Assembly (NCBI GenBank): GCA_964389655.1
Contig: CAYMED010000017.1
Coordinates: 1-60,612 of the forward strand
Direction: 5' to 3'
Length of the DNA stretch: 60,612 nucleotides
DNA from: an uncultured Candidatus Poseidoniales archaeon
GTDB taxonomy: Archaea; Thermoplasmatota; Poseidoniia; Poseidoniales; CAYMED01
The notes beneath the pieces were generated by a model, which worked only from the letters and a program-made list of their open reading frames with translations, made no database searches and was not told where the DNA came from. This document shows positions 58,808-60,612 of the stretch, one piece after another. The translations under genes were made by a program, and so were the position numbers. The stretch's first letter is position 1. Each line of letters begins with the position of its first letter.

Positions 58808-60571
58808 ATGCCTTGTGTTGAATGGTTTGGGGCTAGAATGTGGATTAAAGATAGGGCACTGCAACTTGCTGCTCGTTTGAAGGAAATAATTCATTGGCTA
58901 AGTTCACAGCGAAAAAATGATGCTAAAAAACCGATTTTTTCGAGTATTGAATGCACTATTTGTTTTGTATTACTCACTTTATTTTGCTGGCTCCTTCTAA
59001 AATCAACGATGGGTCCATGGGGTTACGGATTAACACCAGATGCGATAAATTATGTAAAAGCAGCAATGAATCTAGTTGATGAGAAAGAAATTCTCAATCA
59101 TGATTATTCGAAATTTACCGCTCATCCAGCATATACATTAGCCATCGCTGTATTCTACAAAATAGGATTTGATGCCTATGCTTCTGCATTATTTCTTAAT
59201 GCATGTGGATTATCCCTAACTGTGTTCTATTCAGTACTCCTTCTTCGAGCATTTGAAGTCCGCTGGACCTATGCTTGTGGAGCAGGTATTGTAATTTTAT
59301 TCAGCGAACCAATGACTTCGATAGGGCGTATGCTGCTAACAGAATCTCTCTTTACTGGACTTTCTGCGGGTTTTACCTATCATGTGGTTCGTTTATCACA
59401 AGGGGGAAAAAAATGGCATCTGATTCCACTTCTCTTGTTTGGCTCATGGGCGCCAATTCAGAGAAAGAATGCTGTTGCATTCATCCCAATTGTGGGGATT
59501 GTCACATATTTCCTGTATGGGGGCATTCATTGGTTTAGACGGCTAATCAGCTCATTGATCATGATGGCCATATGCTTCCTGCCAAGTTACCGATGGGATC
59601 TTCATAACCGTGAAGTGAAGGGGGGTGTATTAACAACCAATTCTGCGTCTGATGAGAAATTTAGCGACTTGGTGCTTGATTTTTTTTACGGATTCGCAGA
59701 GTGGTTTTTCCCTTTCGTGGATGGGGGGTTGGGCACATGGTCTGATAGTCCAGAATGGCTTGCATGGTTAATGGCTGCAGGCACAATCTGTGTGGCGATT
59801 TATCTCACGACCTGTTCAATAAAATGGGCCAAAATATATCTTGATTCAGATACCAAATACACACTCCTTCAGGCAATTAAACACATATACCCATTATCGA
59901 TAATATTACTTGTGATCGCTTCTCAGATTGGAGTTGTTATTTTTGTGAAAATGCTTTGGACAGTAACTCTGATTGAAGCAAGGACATTGGTTGTTTTTTA
60001 TCCTCAAGTAATTGTTTTGATTACACTTTTTCTTGATCGTTCATCCCTGCATTGGAAAAACCACTCCCGCCTTCTTCAAGGAACTGACATTCTTGCATGT
60101 TGCATGGCCTCATTGATTATTATTGGAGGGGGATTTTCGAGTATGAGTTCAGCGCAAAATGGCCCTGGTGGTTATGCAAAAGAAGAGATCATGAACTCTG
60201 AACTTCATCATTGGTTGGTCGATCATGGGTCTGAAATTGCCTGTGGTTCAAACATCAAGTCAAATGGACCTGCATTGGTCCATATATTCACCAATGCTCA
60301 CGTCAAATTTCTTCCATCCAAAACGACTGATCTCGAGGATTGGATAGGGTCATTACATAGAGACCGGGATCATTATTTCGTTTTTCCAAATTGGGAATCA
60401 CGTCTAGATATGATTTCTGCATCTTCCTTGCTAGAAATCGATGGTATGGAGAAGTTAGTTGAATTGGATGGTGGCCAAATCATCGTATTCAGTGCCAATG
60501 AGCCACATATATGTGGGGGTAGGGCCCCAGTCACATCATCGGTCATAGGAACTGTTCCGAGTGCAATCTGA
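58808..60571 (+). CDS. GT-C fold (ArnT/PMT-like) membrane glycosyltransferase
   Basis: LTPDAINY..AA.NL, HPAY, LLTESLF, many TMs; visibly more AT-rich than its neighbours. Confidence 0.65.
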   Translation: MPCVEWFGARMWIKDRALQLAARLKEIIHWLSSQRKNDAKKPIFSSIECTICFVLLTLFCWLLLKSTMGPWGYGLTPDAINYVKAAMNLVDEKEILNHDYSKFTAHPAYTLAIAVFYKIGFDAYASALFLNACGLSLTVFYSVLLLRAFEVRWTYACGAGIVILFSEPMTSIGRMLLTESLFTGLSAGFTYHVVRLSQGGKKWHLIPLLLFGSWAPIQRKNAVAFIPIVGIVTYFLYGGIHWFRRLISSLIMMAICFLPSYRWDLHNREVKGGVLTTNSASDEKFSDLVLDFFYGFAEWFFPFVDGGLGTWSDSPEWLAWLMAAGTICVAIYLTTCSIKWAKIYLDSDTKYTLLQAIKHIYPLSIILLVIASQIGVVIFVKMLWTVTLIEARTLVVFYPQVIVLITLFLDRSSLHWKNHSRLLQGTDILACCMASLIIIGGGFSSMSSAQNGPGGYAKEEIMNSELHHWLVDHGSEIACGSNIKSNGPALVHIFTNAHVKFLPSKTTDLEDWIGSLHRDRDHYFVFPNWESRLDMISASSLLEIDGMEKLVELDGGQIIVFSANEPHICGGRAPVTSSVIGTVPSAI

Positions 60572-60612
60572 TCTATGCTGCTAATTGCCTGTACTTTTCT
60601 TTGAGGATTTTA

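Overview
Gene-dense archaeal chromosomal fragment. TBP, RFC small subunit, GatD, aPelota, a SepF-like protein and a BHB-intron tRNA-Met show it is archaeal. Large secreted Ig/PKD/thrombospondin-repeat proteins and bacterial-type catabolic genes suggest Thermoplasmatota, most likely Marine Group II/III (Poseidoniia); the lineage call is inference. There are about 48 CDS and one tRNA, and I saw no CRISPR array, rRNA, integrase or transposase. The most notable locus is at 49.4-54.0 kb: a 2-aminophenol 1,6-dioxygenase beta subunit is coupled to an alpha subunit fused to a RidA-family (2-aminomuconate deaminase-like) domain, near an aminomuconate-semialdehyde dehydrogenase. Together these form an apparent o-aminophenol meta-cleavage route inside an amino-acid catabolism neighbourhood (CGL, CBS, asparaginase II, GcvT). 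Other oddities: a membrane-anchored DNase I-like protein, an OCA2/P-protein-like transporter, a PolX with Gln at the third catalytic Asp, a sirtuin lacking Zn cysteines, a Ser-less alpha/beta hydrolase on cadherin-like repeats, a family of four secreted proteins with a shared N-terminal motif, and a tbp / surface protein / sepF-like gene string. All family calls come from motif recognition from memory; no searches were run. Where I shortened an ORF-track start, I chose a more plausible in-frame start codon.
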